NCBI GenBank assembly: GCA_047651235.1 | Contig: CP178758.1 | Coordinates: 570,001 to 602,000, forward strand | Origin: Candidatus Electrothrix yaqonensis | GTDB taxonomy: Bacteria > Desulfobacterota > Desulfobulbia > Desulfobulbales > Desulfobulbaceae | Direction of reading: 5' to 3' | DNA: 32,000 bases | Part shown: positions 7,285-16,512 of the stretch, in pieces | How positions within the stretch are numbered: position 1 is the first letter of the stretch | Layout of the letters: every line of letters begins with the position of its first letter | Position numbers and translations under genes: made by a program | The notes under the pieces: generated by a model | Seen by the model: only the letters and a program-made list of their open reading frames with translations | Database searches by the model: none | Told to the model about the DNA's origin: nothing

Positions 7285-10200
7285 ATGAGACGGATTACAG
7301 AAATGGTGCTGCTTGTTGTTCTGCTGCTTGTCGGTATAACTCAGCCAGCCTTGTCAGAGGAGCTGCGATGGAAAGTATTGTACCGGAAGGCTGTGGAGCA
7401 TCTCAATCCGAAAAACAAACATGAATTTGAATGGGAACGGCTGAACCAAAAAATCACGGATGCTTCTGCCGGAAACGGTACGCCTGATCAGGTTATCTCC
7501 CTTGCTGAACAGACGTATAATTATGCAGCGAAGCATTTTGGATCAGGACACCCGTTCACAAATATTTCACGCAAGCGGTTAGTTTACGATATTTATTACA
7601 AGAATTCTGAAAAGTGTCTCAGGAGGTTTCAGGTCCTTTACTTGTTTGGACATCTCTATCCTCATTTGTTGAATGAGAACAGAGATGAGTTCGAACGTGA
7701 ATGGGAAGAAATTTATAAAGAGAGTTTACGCAGCGTTAAACTCAGTGAAAGCCAGAAACCCGCTAATGCTGCTGAACAGGCGTATAATTATGCCATGAAG
7801 TATCTCGGGCCGGAACATCCATCCACCCTGATTTCCATTGAACATCTTGCAGATTTTTATAGCAACCTCGGACGCTACCAAGAAGCTCAAGGGATCTATA
7901 AACAAGCCATTCAAATACAGGAAAAACGATTCGGGATAGAAAATCAGGATACGCTTCGCCTTATGAATTACGTGGCAAATTTGTATAACAAATTGGGACG
8001 AAGAAATCAGGCAGAGCTACTTTCCGACCGGGTTTTTCAGCTACGTAAAAAAGTATTAGGTGAGGACCATACTGATACTTTAATGTCTCTGCATAATCTG
8101 ACAATGTATTCCCTTTCACAAGGGCAAAAGCGGAAATCAGAGCCGCTTCTTCATAAATTCCTACAAGTTTATAACAGAATACATGGTGAGCATAATATGC
8201 TTACAATCAAAGTATCTATAGAACTTGCAAAATTGTTTAGATCACAAGGGAAGTATAATGAAGCAGAACAGCTGTTGCAAGAGCTGGCTGAAGCACTCCT
8301 GGGGGATACTAAATGGAAACCTGAATTGGTAGTTGTATACATAATGCAGAAAAAATACTCTGAGGCTGAAGCTGTGTTGAAAGAAGTCATCAATCAGCCT
8401 CAAGAACCTCACGGACCGAATATCGAGTACGATACTCTTCTGGATAGAGAAAGGTTAGCAGCATTGTATATGGATATGGAGCGGTACTCTGAAGCAGAGA
8501 CGCTTTTTAAGGAAGTGCTCGCACTGAAAGAAAAATATTATGGAAAAGAACAAGTCTATACTATAAGCACAATGCATAACCTTGCCGTATTATATAAAAA
8601 GGCAGGGAAACACAGCAAGGCGGAACCACTTTTTCAAAAGGCGCTCAAATTACGTGAAAAAGAACTGGGAAGGCATAATCATAAGACGATAGGCACGTTG
8701 GCTGCTTATATATTTTCACTTTTTGCTGCTGATCGATTCGATACCGCCTTTTCGCTGATGCAGGACTGGGAAAGCCGCCTGCTCTCCCGCTCCTTCCAGG
8801 AACTCTACACCAGTTCCAGCCATAATGTGCGGCGTCTGTATGAGCGGACGGTCAACTTCTTCCTGAATACAGTTTCTTCCCTTGCTGCCCAATACCCGAA
8901 AGAAAAGTATCAGCACTATGCTGCCGACGTTCTCCTGCGCTGGAAGCAGCTCTATGCTGAAGAAGAGGCTTTTCAGTATCAGCAGCTTGCCCGCAGCAGC
9001 GACCCGGAAATTATCGAGCTGAGAGCCAAGCTGGCAGAAGCACGGGTCAGGTTGAGTTTAGCCGAACGTCAGAACAAAAAAGAAGAGGAGATCGCCGAGC
9101 TGTTAGATGATTTTAATGAAGCTGAAACAGCCCTGCTGACACAGACTAAGCGTTTCAAATCGAATCTTGAGGTGGAAGGAGCGACTCTTGAGCAGGCGTT
9201 GTCCAGCCTTCCGCCGGGCAGCGGTTTAATCGAATACCGGCGTTTCCGTGCTGTGGATCTCCATGCCGACAAAACAAAAGAACCCCGCCTTGCTGCTCTG
9301 CTTCTTCTTGCCGATCCGAACAACGGACGGCGGTTTATCTTCCGTGACCTTGGACCGTTCGCGGAACTTGACAAGCTGTTGGATGATCTTGAAACGCTGA
9401 GAAGCAAAATTGCTGCATTGCGGGATAAAATTGCTGATCTGGACCGGAACGAGCAAAAAAGGGAGTTCTCCGCTCTGCTGGAACAGCTGGCGAATCTGCA
9501 GAAAGAAAAGGACAGAAAAAACACCGATGCTTGCAGAATACTGCTTGATCCTTTTGAACAGCAGATCAGAAATCTGAAACAGCTTTATATCGCCCCGGAC
9601 GGGAGAGTCAATTTTCTTTCTTTTGCTTCCACGCGCCTGCCTGACGGCCGTTTTCTCGCCGAACGTCAGCAGATCAACCGCCTGCAGACCGGCCGCGACC
9701 TGATCGAGAACGGCAAAGACTTTTCGAGGGGCAAAGGATTGATAGCTGTTGGTGGTGTAACCTATGGCCCCAAGCCCGCAAAGGATGACGAGGAACAGGA
9801 AAAACTCGAGCCGCAGCCTAAATTCGTCCTGCGCACTACCCGCCAGTTTGGGGACGGCTTTGTCTATCTGAAGGGGAGCAGAATAGAAGCAAAAAATATT
9901 TTTGCCAAATATGAAAATAATACCCAAGGCAAGCGATTTATCGGCGATGACGCCAGCGAATACAACCTCAAACACCTGAAGCAGCCGCCCCGCATCCTTC
10001 ACCTTTCCACCCACGGCTTTTACCTCACCGACGAGAAAAAAGAACTGGCAGACGAGGCCCCGCTCCTGCTTTCCGGCCTCGCCTTAGCCGGAGCCAACAA
10101 CGGCCTGCAAGGCAAGCTGGATAAACACGACGACGACGGTCTCCTCTACAGCCTGGAAGTCCTCGGCCTCAATCTTCAGGGTACAGAGCTGGTATCCCTA

Positions 10201-10485
10201 TCCGCCTGTGACACCGGCAAAGGCGTGGTGGATTACTCCGAAGGCGTGTACGGCTTGGTTCGCGCCTTCCGCACTGCCGGGGCCAAAAACGTCCTCATGA
10301 CCCTGACCCCGGTCGGCGACAGATCATCACGCGAGTTCATGGAAACCTTCTACGACCATTATCTTTCCGAAAACCTCACCCCATCCCAAGCCCTGCACAA
10401 AACCCGGATGGATTTCATCCACCATGAAAAACCGGCTTACCGCGACCCGGCGGTGTGGTCGCCGTATGTGCTGGTGGGTCGGTAA
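7285..10485 (+). CDS. Signal-peptide-bearing TPR repeat / coiled-coil / CHAT (caspase-fold peptidase) domain protein
   Basis: 1066 aa. The N-terminus MRRITEMVLLVVLLLVGITQPALS-EE is signal-like. Residues ~60-470 are TPR_10/12-like repeats (e.g. LHNLAVLYKKAGKHSKAEPLFQKALKLREKELG). A charged coiled-coil stretch is encoded at ~9000-9560. The C-terminal CHAT signature has His in LHLSTHGF (codon 10012-10014) and Cys in LSLSACDTGKG (codon 10207-10209). Confidence 0.85.
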   Translation: MRRITEMVLLVVLLLVGITQPALSEELRWKVLYRKAVEHLNPKNKHEFEWERLNQKITDASAGNGTPDQVISLAEQTYNYAAKHFGSGHPFTNISRKRLVYDIYYKNSEKCLRRFQVLYLFGHLYPHLLNENRDEFEREWEEIYKESLRSVKLSESQKPANAAEQAYNYAMKYLGPEHPSTLISIEHLADFYSNLGRYQEAQGIYKQAIQIQEKRFGIENQDTLRLMNYVANLYNKLGRRNQAELLSDRVFQLRKKVLGEDHTDTLMSLHNLTMYSLSQGQKRKSEPLLHKFLQVYNRIHGEHNMLTIKVSIELAKLFRSQGKYNEAEQLLQELAEALLGDTKWKPELVVVYIMQKKYSEAEAVLKEVINQPQEPHGPNIEYDTLLDRERLAALYMDMERYSEAETLFKEVLALKEKYYGKEQVYTISTMHNLAVLYKKAGKHSKAEPLFQKALKLREKELGRHNHKTIGTLAAYIFSLFAADRFDTAFSLMQDWESRLLSRSFQELYTSSSHNVRRLYERTVNFFLNTVSSLAAQYPKEKYQHYAADVLLRWKQLYAEEEAFQYQQLARSSDPEIIELRAKLAEARVRLSLAERQNKKEEEIAELLDDFNEAETALLTQTKRFKSNLEVEGATLEQALSSLPPGSGLIEYRRFRAVDLHADKTKEPRLAALLLLADPNNGRRFIFRDLGPFAELDKLLDDLETLRSKIAALRDKIADLDRNEQKREFSALLEQLANLQKEKDRKNTDACRILLDPFEQQIRNLKQLYIAPDGRVNFLSFASTRLPDGRFLAERQQINRLQTGRDLIENGKDFSRGKGLIAVGGVTYGPKPAKDDEEQEKLEPQPKFVLRTTRQFGDGFVYLKGSRIEAKNIFAKYENNTQGKRFIGDDASEYNLKHLKQPPRILHLSTHGFYLTDEKKELADEAPLLLSGLALAGANNGLQGKLDKHDDDGLLYSLEVLGLNLQGTELVSLSACDTGKGVVDYSEGVYGLVRAFRTAGAKNVLMTLTPVGDRSSREFMETFYDHYLSENLTPSQALHKTRMDFIHHEKPAYRDPAVWSPYVLVGR

Positions 10486-10541
10486 ATAATCCGGGACTGG
10501 CAAGATAACGAACCCAAAAACGATACCAGGAGGAAAACATA

Positions 10542-10784
10542 ATGCATACCTATCAGATTGAACTGCCGGAGACAGCCTTTTCTTCCTTGCGCAAAACCCC
10601 GGCAGAGTTTATCCGGGAAATGAAATATGCCGCTGTGGTCAACTGGTATGAAACCGGGAGGATTTCCCAAGATAAAGCTGCGGAGATCGCCGAACTGTCC
10701 CGCTATGAGGTTTCCACCATTCAACTGACCCCGGAAATATTAGCAGAGGAGCTGCACCATGCCCGTGGAAAAAATCATCATTAA
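10542..10784 (+). CDS. UPF0175-family antitoxin-like protein
   Basis: 80 aa, with AGGAGG 8 nt upstream. WYETGRISQDKAAEIAELSRYE matches the UPF0175 core (Y..g.lS.gkAAe.ag.s..ef) that normally pairs with DUF3368/PIN toxins. Confidence 0.65.
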   Translation: MHTYQIELPETAFSSLRKTPAEFIREMKYAAVVNWYETGRISQDKAAEIAELSRYEVSTIQLTPEILAEELHHARGKNHH

Positions 10785-10892
10785 CGGGCTTGTGGATTTC
10801 TGACAGCGTGATTGATCTCCTGAAAAACGGGCCGGAGAGTAGAATAACCCGACAGTTTAAGCCGGAAATCATACCGGAAGGAACCTTGCACC
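10759..10892 (+). pseudogene. Possible eroded remnant of the cognate PIN-like (DUF3368) toxin gene
   Basis: ATG at 10759 overlaps the antitoxin 3' end, as in TA operons, but it encodes only MPVEKIIINGLVDF-stop. A shifted frame reads ISDSVIDLLKNG...PEIIPEG, faintly recalling the DUF3368 N-terminus. The remnant is cut off by the next gene. Confidence 0.25.
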
Positions 10893-12428
10893 ATGCCAAA
10901 ATACTTCAACACCACCGGCCCCTGCTTTCCCCGCCTGCACTACATGCTGCCGCCCAAGGACCGCCTGGTCGGGGCCAGCTTAGACCGCTATATCCGGGAT
11001 GAGCTGTACTGGGTCCTGCATGCGCCTAGGCAGACCGGCAAGACCACCTTTCTCCAATCCTGGATGCATGAGATCAATGCCGGAACCGAAGCCGTAGCCT
11101 GCTATGTCAGTCTTGAGCGCTGCCAGGAAGTGACCGCCGTGGAACGCGCCATGCCCGCAATGGCCGAGTCTGTGCAGGAATATGCCCGAAGTTATAAACT
11201 GCCTGTTCCGGAGTTGTCCTCCGGGGTTTCGCCGGAAAGCATGCTTTCCGATCTGCTCACCGAATGGGCCGCTCTTGTCGCTCCGAAGAAGCTGATTGTT
11301 TTTTTCGACGAAGTCGATGTGGTCGCCGGCCCCGCTATGATCAGCTTTCTCCGCCAGCTGCGGGGCGGTTTCGCCAGACGGGGAGTCGGTGCATTCCCTG
11401 TCTCGGTGGCTCTGGTGGGTATGCGCGACCTGCGGGATTATCTGGTCACCAGCAAGGACGGCCAGCTGCTCAATCCGGGCAGCCCCTTTAACATCAAGCA
11501 CGATTCGGCCACCCTGACTAACTTCAGTCAGTCCGACATTGCTGCTCTGACCGCGCAGCATACCGAAGCAACCGGACAGGCATTCGCCCCGGAGGCACTG
11601 GAGCGCATATGGGTCTATTCCTCGGGGCAGCCCTGGCTGGTCAATGCCCTGTGCGAGCAGATCGTCTACCGGATTATTCCTGAAACCCGGACAGCTGTGC
11701 AGCCCGAACATGTGGATCAGGCAAAGGAGCAGCTCATAGCCTCCCGTGCAACGCACATTGATTCCCTGGGCGAACGTCTCCGGGAGGAGCGTGTACGCAG
11801 GGTGATCCAGCCGATGATGACCGGGAACAGTGATCCGACCCTGGGTCGTTCCGACCATGATGTGGAGTTCTGCCTTGACTTGGGCCTGATCGCCTGGGAA
11901 GGGTCGCTGGTTATCGCCAATGCGATCTACCGGGAAGTCATTGCCCGCTACCTCAGTCAGAACTATCAGGACAATATTCCTGCCCCGGAATTCCGTTGGC
12001 AGCAAAGCGGCGGCAGCTTGGACATGGATGCCATGATGGACGAGTTCCAGAAGTTCTGGGCCTGGAATTCGGAGATCTGGGAAGAAAAGGCTGATTACAC
12101 CGAAGCCTTTCCGCATCTGCTGCTCATGGCTTTTCTGCAGCGCGTGATCAACGGCGGCGGGACGGTAGACCGGGAATACGCGGCAGGACGCGGGCGCAGC
12201 AACCTGGTGGAGATCAAACTGGTCCATCCCCGAATGGGTGGGGAGGTGACCCGTGATCAGGGCCTGGAACAGATCGACCGCTACGCGGACTGCACCAGGC
12301 CGGATACCTGCCACTTGGTGATTTTTGACCGGCGTCCTGAGCAGCGCGCCAGGGCCTGGGAGAAACGCCTTTCCAGGGAGAGCGGCACAGCTCCTTCCGG
12401 GCGCTCCGTGGAGGTGGTCTGGTGCTGA
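10893..12428 (+). CDS. AAA-ATPase-like protein with a C-terminal PD-(D/E)XK-type (PDDEXK_9-like) region
   Basis: 511 aa. The N-terminus YFNTTGPCFPRLHYMLPP is followed by Walker A HAPRQTGKTT and Walker B LIVFFDEVD. The C-terminal block EYAAGRGRSNLVEIKL...HLVIFDRR resembles the nuclease module. Confidence 0.7.
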   Translation: MPKYFNTTGPCFPRLHYMLPPKDRLVGASLDRYIRDELYWVLHAPRQTGKTTFLQSWMHEINAGTEAVACYVSLERCQEVTAVERAMPAMAESVQEYARSYKLPVPELSSGVSPESMLSDLLTEWAALVAPKKLIVFFDEVDVVAGPAMISFLRQLRGGFARRGVGAFPVSVALVGMRDLRDYLVTSKDGQLLNPGSPFNIKHDSATLTNFSQSDIAALTAQHTEATGQAFAPEALERIWVYSSGQPWLVNALCEQIVYRIIPETRTAVQPEHVDQAKEQLIASRATHIDSLGERLREERVRRVIQPMMTGNSDPTLGRSDHDVEFCLDLGLIAWEGSLVIANAIYREVIARYLSQNYQDNIPAPEFRWQQSGGSLDMDAMMDEFQKFWAWNSEIWEEKADYTEAFPHLLLMAFLQRVINGGGTVDREYAAGRGRSNLVEIKLVHPRMGGEVTRDQGLEQIDRYADCTRPDTCHLVIFDRRPEQRARAWEKRLSRESGTAPSGRSVEVVWC

Positions 12429-12706
12429 GGCCAAAGTATGATCCGCTGTCCGATGCTGCCCGAAAACATGTGCTGGCGCGGAAGCAGCTGATTCGGAAAC
12501 ATCCCTGATGATAAAACTGGAAACAATAGCAGCAGGAAAAGCGGAAGGAAAACGCAACGCATACCGTATCTGATATTTATAATGGTGAAAAACAGACGAT
12601 TTTATGTTCTGTTCAATAAAGCCGTCTGTTGACGGACCTGAAGAAACCGGGACCGGTTTCCGCCGTATACTCTCCGGGATGCGGCAGATATCCGTTATTT
12701 TTGCTG

Positions 12707-15700
12707 ATGAGACAGATTATGGCTGGTGAACAGCAGAACAACAAGGTCACGTCACCTCCTGAGTTCGGCGAAATCCTGATTAATCCTCACGAGGAGACAG
12801 CAGACGGCGAACAGCAGGAATCCGCTTCTGAGCCGACAAAAAAGAAACCGGAAGAAAAATCACAGCAAAATCCTGCAGAAACAAAGCCGAAGCAGGCCCG
12901 GCCTGACCGCTCTTCAAAACGGGGCTTGTGCTGCGGCTGTCTTTTCCTATTTCTGCTTCCCCCTGCAGTTTTTCTGCTCTACTTTGCCGGAGCACGCTAC
13001 CTTCTTCCCTGGTATATTCAGGGGCCTTTTGCCGACCGGCTCAGTGAGCAGCTAAACCGGCCGGTCACGATCAAGACGGTGGAGTTTTCTCCGTTTTTGT
13101 TTGATCTCCATCTTGCCGGGATTGAAATCGGTGCAGAGCGTGGCAGCCGGGATGCAGATGACCTCAAGTTATGCTGGATCGAAACCATTGACACCAAGGT
13201 GCGGCCCAAAGAACTGCTGCGCAGACAGCTTGTTTTTGCGGATGTTCAGATCAGCCAGATGCAGGTGAACCTGCTTCGGCGGGCTGACGGCAGGTACAGT
13301 GATTTTGCCGGAAACGGAAGCGGGCTGGTCAAAAGGAGGGCTGCCGGTCTGCGACTTCTGCCGTCGTGGGTGCGGATTCACGGCCTCCGCCTGACCGAGG
13401 GTACGGTGTCTCTGTACGATGCGGTCAACGAGAAGGAATATCTTCTTGAGCAGATAGAGTGCATCCTGCCGACCGGCAGAGCGAAACCGACCCTGCATGC
13501 CGTTATCAACGGCAGTCCGGTTTCAGTGCAGGGGCAACGGCAGGCAGGGGAGGGCGGCATCCCGGAAACGCGGCTTAGCCTCCGGTTTGATGATATTGAT
13601 CCGCAGAACCTGCTTGCCTGGCTGCCGGGAGCGAATGACACGAAGAACACGCTGCGCATCAGCACGAAGCGGACGGATGCTGTTGCGGAAATCATCATTC
13701 CGGATATCCCCGGAGCTGCGGGCGGAGTGCGTCTGTCCGGCACTGCCGAGCTGTCCGGCCTGCAGATCCTTGCCGGAAACGGCACCGGAAAAGCTGAACA
13801 GAAGCCGGTCCAGCTCAGCGCCCCCCGGGCAAGGCTGGTTCTTCAGGCCAATCCGTTCCGCAGAGTGTACACGGTTGAAGAGCTGACCCTGGACCAGCCG
13901 GAGCTGGTTCTGGTTCTGTCCGGCAATAGCGGACAACCGTACACTGAACAACTGCTGACCGGACTTGCGCAGCTGCCTGATCCGGCTGCTTCTGAGGTCG
14001 GGCTTGTGGTCCGGCGCCTGACTGTCAACCAGGGAACCGTGACAACTGGGGAGCGGAACGGACAGCAGTGGGAGAACTTGGAACTGCAGCTGAGCGGCTT
14101 CCGCAATATGCGGGCACCGCTTGCCGGAAAAGTTTCCGAAGAAAGGGCTTCTGCTGCAGCCCTAGTGTTTTCTGCTGAACAGGGAGGCGCTCAGATCCAC
14201 TTTGAGGGGGCTGTAACGCCTGATCTGAACCTGAGCGGCAAAGTTGCTCTGCGCAATCTGGAGAGCAGCCTGCTGCAGTCCTATCTGAGCACAAGCGGGG
14301 AGGTTCGGCTGGCTGGCGGTAAAGCTGATCTGACCGGGATCCTGCGTACAGTGGAGGGGCAGGAGAGCAAGACGGTGCTTATGGAGCGCGCTACCATCAA
14401 GCTGCGTCATTTTTCCCTGCTGCCCAGGAAAAATGGGAAAAATAACCCAAAACTCCGACCGCTGCTCACTGCGGAAGACATGGAAGGCACGGACTGTGTT
14501 GTCAATCCTGTTGCCCGAACGGCTTCCTGTGACAGCCTGCTGCTGCAGCACGCTGAATTTTCTACTGCAGCGCCTGCTTTTTTTCTCCTGTCAGATCCGG
14601 CAGAAAACAAGGTAACATTTTCCGGCAAGGCGGTGAAGATAGCCGGCTCCCGTGCCCGTCTGGCACTGGGCGGCAAAGCTCAACAGAAAGATCAACAGGA
14701 AATAGAGCTGACCGACTTGAATATGAGCCTGACAAAAGAGCAGGGGAAGAAAAGCAATCTGAGCCTGCAGGCCAAGGTCGGGGAGAGCGGCACAGTGAGC
14801 GCGGACGGCATTCTCGGCAGCGGGGGCAGCCTGCTGCTGACTGCCGAGAATCTCGATATACGGCTTTTTCAGCAACCTTTTGCCACGCTGTTTGATGAAA
14901 ATCATGCCCTTGCGCTGGAGCAGGGCCATCTGAATCTGAAAGGTCGCGTTACCCTGCCTGCAGCCGAGTTTGTCGGCAGTATTCAGATGGATAAAGTTAT
15001 GGCGCGCAGCAGCAAAGGGACAAAAGGGACAACTGTGGGATGGCAGCAGGGCGTCGGAACCGGAATGACGGTCAGGCTGGTTCCCTTTGCCGCTGATATC
15101 AAAGAGCTTGCTGTGCAGGAGCCGGTTATTGAATTTTCTGCAGCCGACAGCAGCCTGCCTGCGGCCTTGGTTGCGCTGCTCCGCACCGAGGAAAACAAGG
15201 CGGTTTTTCCTCCGTTTACTGTGGAGCAATTGCTGATCAGCGACGGAAGTCTGATCCGTCCGGGGGAAGAACCGAAGGTTGCCGGTATAAAAGGTTATTT
15301 TTCACCCCTGAAGCCGGGAACTGAGACCGCTTTTGAACTGACTGGCAGAATGAACGGGGCTGAGTTCAGTGTTCAGGGAAAGACCGGTCGGGACCGCGCT
15401 GCAGTAGATGAATTCACAGTGGCTCGGATGCCGATGGACAGTGCGGCTGAAGAACTTGCCCGTGCACTCCGGCTGCACAGAGGTGAGCTCCTGTGGCAAG
15501 GCACCCCGGAAGAGGATGATACCGGCAGGGTGGACTGTCTCGGATTCACCCCTCTGCCTGACTCTGATTTTTCCCTGCTTCTGGCCCTGCTGACCAGACC
15601 GGACGGTTCCTTCAGCCTGCCGCTGCCTTCTCTGCCGCCCATGGCCTCTCCGGAAAAAGTCGGTGCGGCTGCCATAAAAGAACTGCAGCGTCTCCGTCTG

Positions 15701-16273
15701 CAGACCGTTGTTTCGCCGCAGACAGTGCTTGAAAAATTCCTGCCGGATTTCGGCCTGCCGGTGCGGGTTGATTGTACGGTCGGCAGCAGTATGCCGGATT
15801 TCGTGGACGGAATGGAAAACTATGCGCAGCTGTTTGCCCTGCGGCCTCATCTGAACCTGACCCTTCAGGGCCGGTATGATGATACGGCGGACCGGCAGTA
15901 TTTTCTGCAGGAGCGCCGGAAAGAGCTGGAGTATACAACAAAACTGGAAAATATCCGCAGGCAGGAGGAAATGGCGCGGCTGATCGCCGAGGAGGAGCTG
16001 CTGCAGGCTGAGCTGATCAGCGCGGGTACCCCTGCAGCAGAGGCTGAAAATAAAATTTCGGCAATTCAGCAGCGCGAAGACCTGCAGCAGCTACCCGTAC
16101 CTGAAGCGGAACTGCCAGAACAGGCATTACCTGATCTTGCCCGGCAGCGGGCCCAGGTTGTCTATGATTATCTGATTGATACCCTGAAACTGCCGGCAGA
16201 CAGAATCACACAGGCTGAGAAGGGCGCAGCAGGCAAAGCCGGTGTTGATTTTGTGCCGGTGCCGCACTGGTAA
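12707..16273 (+). CDS. Large DUF748 / AsmA-like envelope protein
   Basis: The ORF runs to 16273. ATG 12707 (or 12719) is preferred over the TTG at 12629. A charged N-terminus and a TM segment (CCGCLFLFLLPPAVFLLYFAG) are followed by LLPWYIQGPFADRLSEQLNRPVTIKTVEFSPFLFDLHLAGIEIG, typical of the DUF748 N-terminus. The body is long and beta-rich. Confidence 0.7.
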   Translation: MRQIMAGEQQNNKVTSPPEFGEILINPHEETADGEQQESASEPTKKKPEEKSQQNPAETKPKQARPDRSSKRGLCCGCLFLFLLPPAVFLLYFAGARYLLPWYIQGPFADRLSEQLNRPVTIKTVEFSPFLFDLHLAGIEIGAERGSRDADDLKLCWIETIDTKVRPKELLRRQLVFADVQISQMQVNLLRRADGRYSDFAGNGSGLVKRRAAGLRLLPSWVRIHGLRLTEGTVSLYDAVNEKEYLLEQIECILPTGRAKPTLHAVINGSPVSVQGQRQAGEGGIPETRLSLRFDDIDPQNLLAWLPGANDTKNTLRISTKRTDAVAEIIIPDIPGAAGGVRLSGTAELSGLQILAGNGTGKAEQKPVQLSAPRARLVLQANPFRRVYTVEELTLDQPELVLVLSGNSGQPYTEQLLTGLAQLPDPAASEVGLVVRRLTVNQGTVTTGERNGQQWENLELQLSGFRNMRAPLAGKVSEERASAAALVFSAEQGGAQIHFEGAVTPDLNLSGKVALRNLESSLLQSYLSTSGEVRLAGGKADLTGILRTVEGQESKTVLMERATIKLRHFSLLPRKNGKNNPKLRPLLTAEDMEGTDCVVNPVARTASCDSLLLQHAEFSTAAPAFFLLSDPAENKVTFSGKAVKIAGSRARLALGGKAQQKDQQEIELTDLNMSLTKEQGKKSNLSLQAKVGESGTVSADGILGSGGSLLLTAENLDIRLFQQPFATLFDENHALALEQGHLNLKGRVTLPAAEFVGSIQMDKVMARSSKGTKGTTVGWQQGVGTGMTVRLVPFAADIKELAVQEPVIEFSAADSSLPAALVALLRTEENKAVFPPFTVEQLLISDGSLIRPGEEPKVAGIKGYFSPLKPGTETAFELTGRMNGAEFSVQGKTGRDRAAVDEFTVARMPMDSAAEELARALRLHRGELLWQGTPEEDDTGRVDCLGFTPLPDSDFSLLLALLTRPDGSFSLPLPSLPPMASPEKVGAAAIKELQRLRLQTVVSPQTVLEKFLPDFGLPVRVDCTVGSSMPDFVDGMENYAQLFALRPHLNLTLQGRYDDTADRQYFLQERRKELEYTTKLENIRRQEEMARLIAEEELLQAELISAGTPAAEAENKISAIQQREDLQQLPVPEAELPEQALPDLARQRAQVVYDYLIDTLKLPADRITQAEKGAAGKAGVDFVPVPHW

Positions 16274-16512
16274 AAGAAAATTTATGACAGGAACGGGATA
16301 TTTTCTTGAAAAAAATCCCGTTATCTGTTTTGAAGAGAGCTGCATTGCAGTGCAGAAGGATTCGGGGCGCAGAGGATGTTTTTCTTCTGTGCCCTGTTGT
16401 TTTCAGGCGTTTTTAGACAACAAACAGTCCGGGAACAACAAAATATGGTAATAAAAAAAGCAACAAGCAAAGTTAAAATACGCGAGACACAATCCGGAGT
16501 GAGTAATCTGTC

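Noticed and set aside
9226-10014. 262-aa minus-strand ORF and other long antisense or alternative-frame ORFs (e.g. 16321-17007, 14591-15229, 13523-13951, 17473-17994, 25136-25696)
   Set aside because: All of them overlap strongly supported genes on the opposite strand or in another frame, and none has a recognisable domain or RBS.
10980-12557. 525-aa ORF on the minus strand
   Set aside because: It lies entirely antisense to the well-supported AAA-ATPase gene. The translation is low-complexity (Pro/Gly/Arg/His-rich) with no motifs. This is the typical shadow ORF of a GC-rich coding region.
12591-12630. Inverted repeat AACAGACG...CGTCTGTT with a 24-nt loop upstream of the DUF748 gene
   Set aside because: The pairing is real, but the loop is long, there is no U-tract, and the position is ambiguous. 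This is insufficient to call a terminator or operator.
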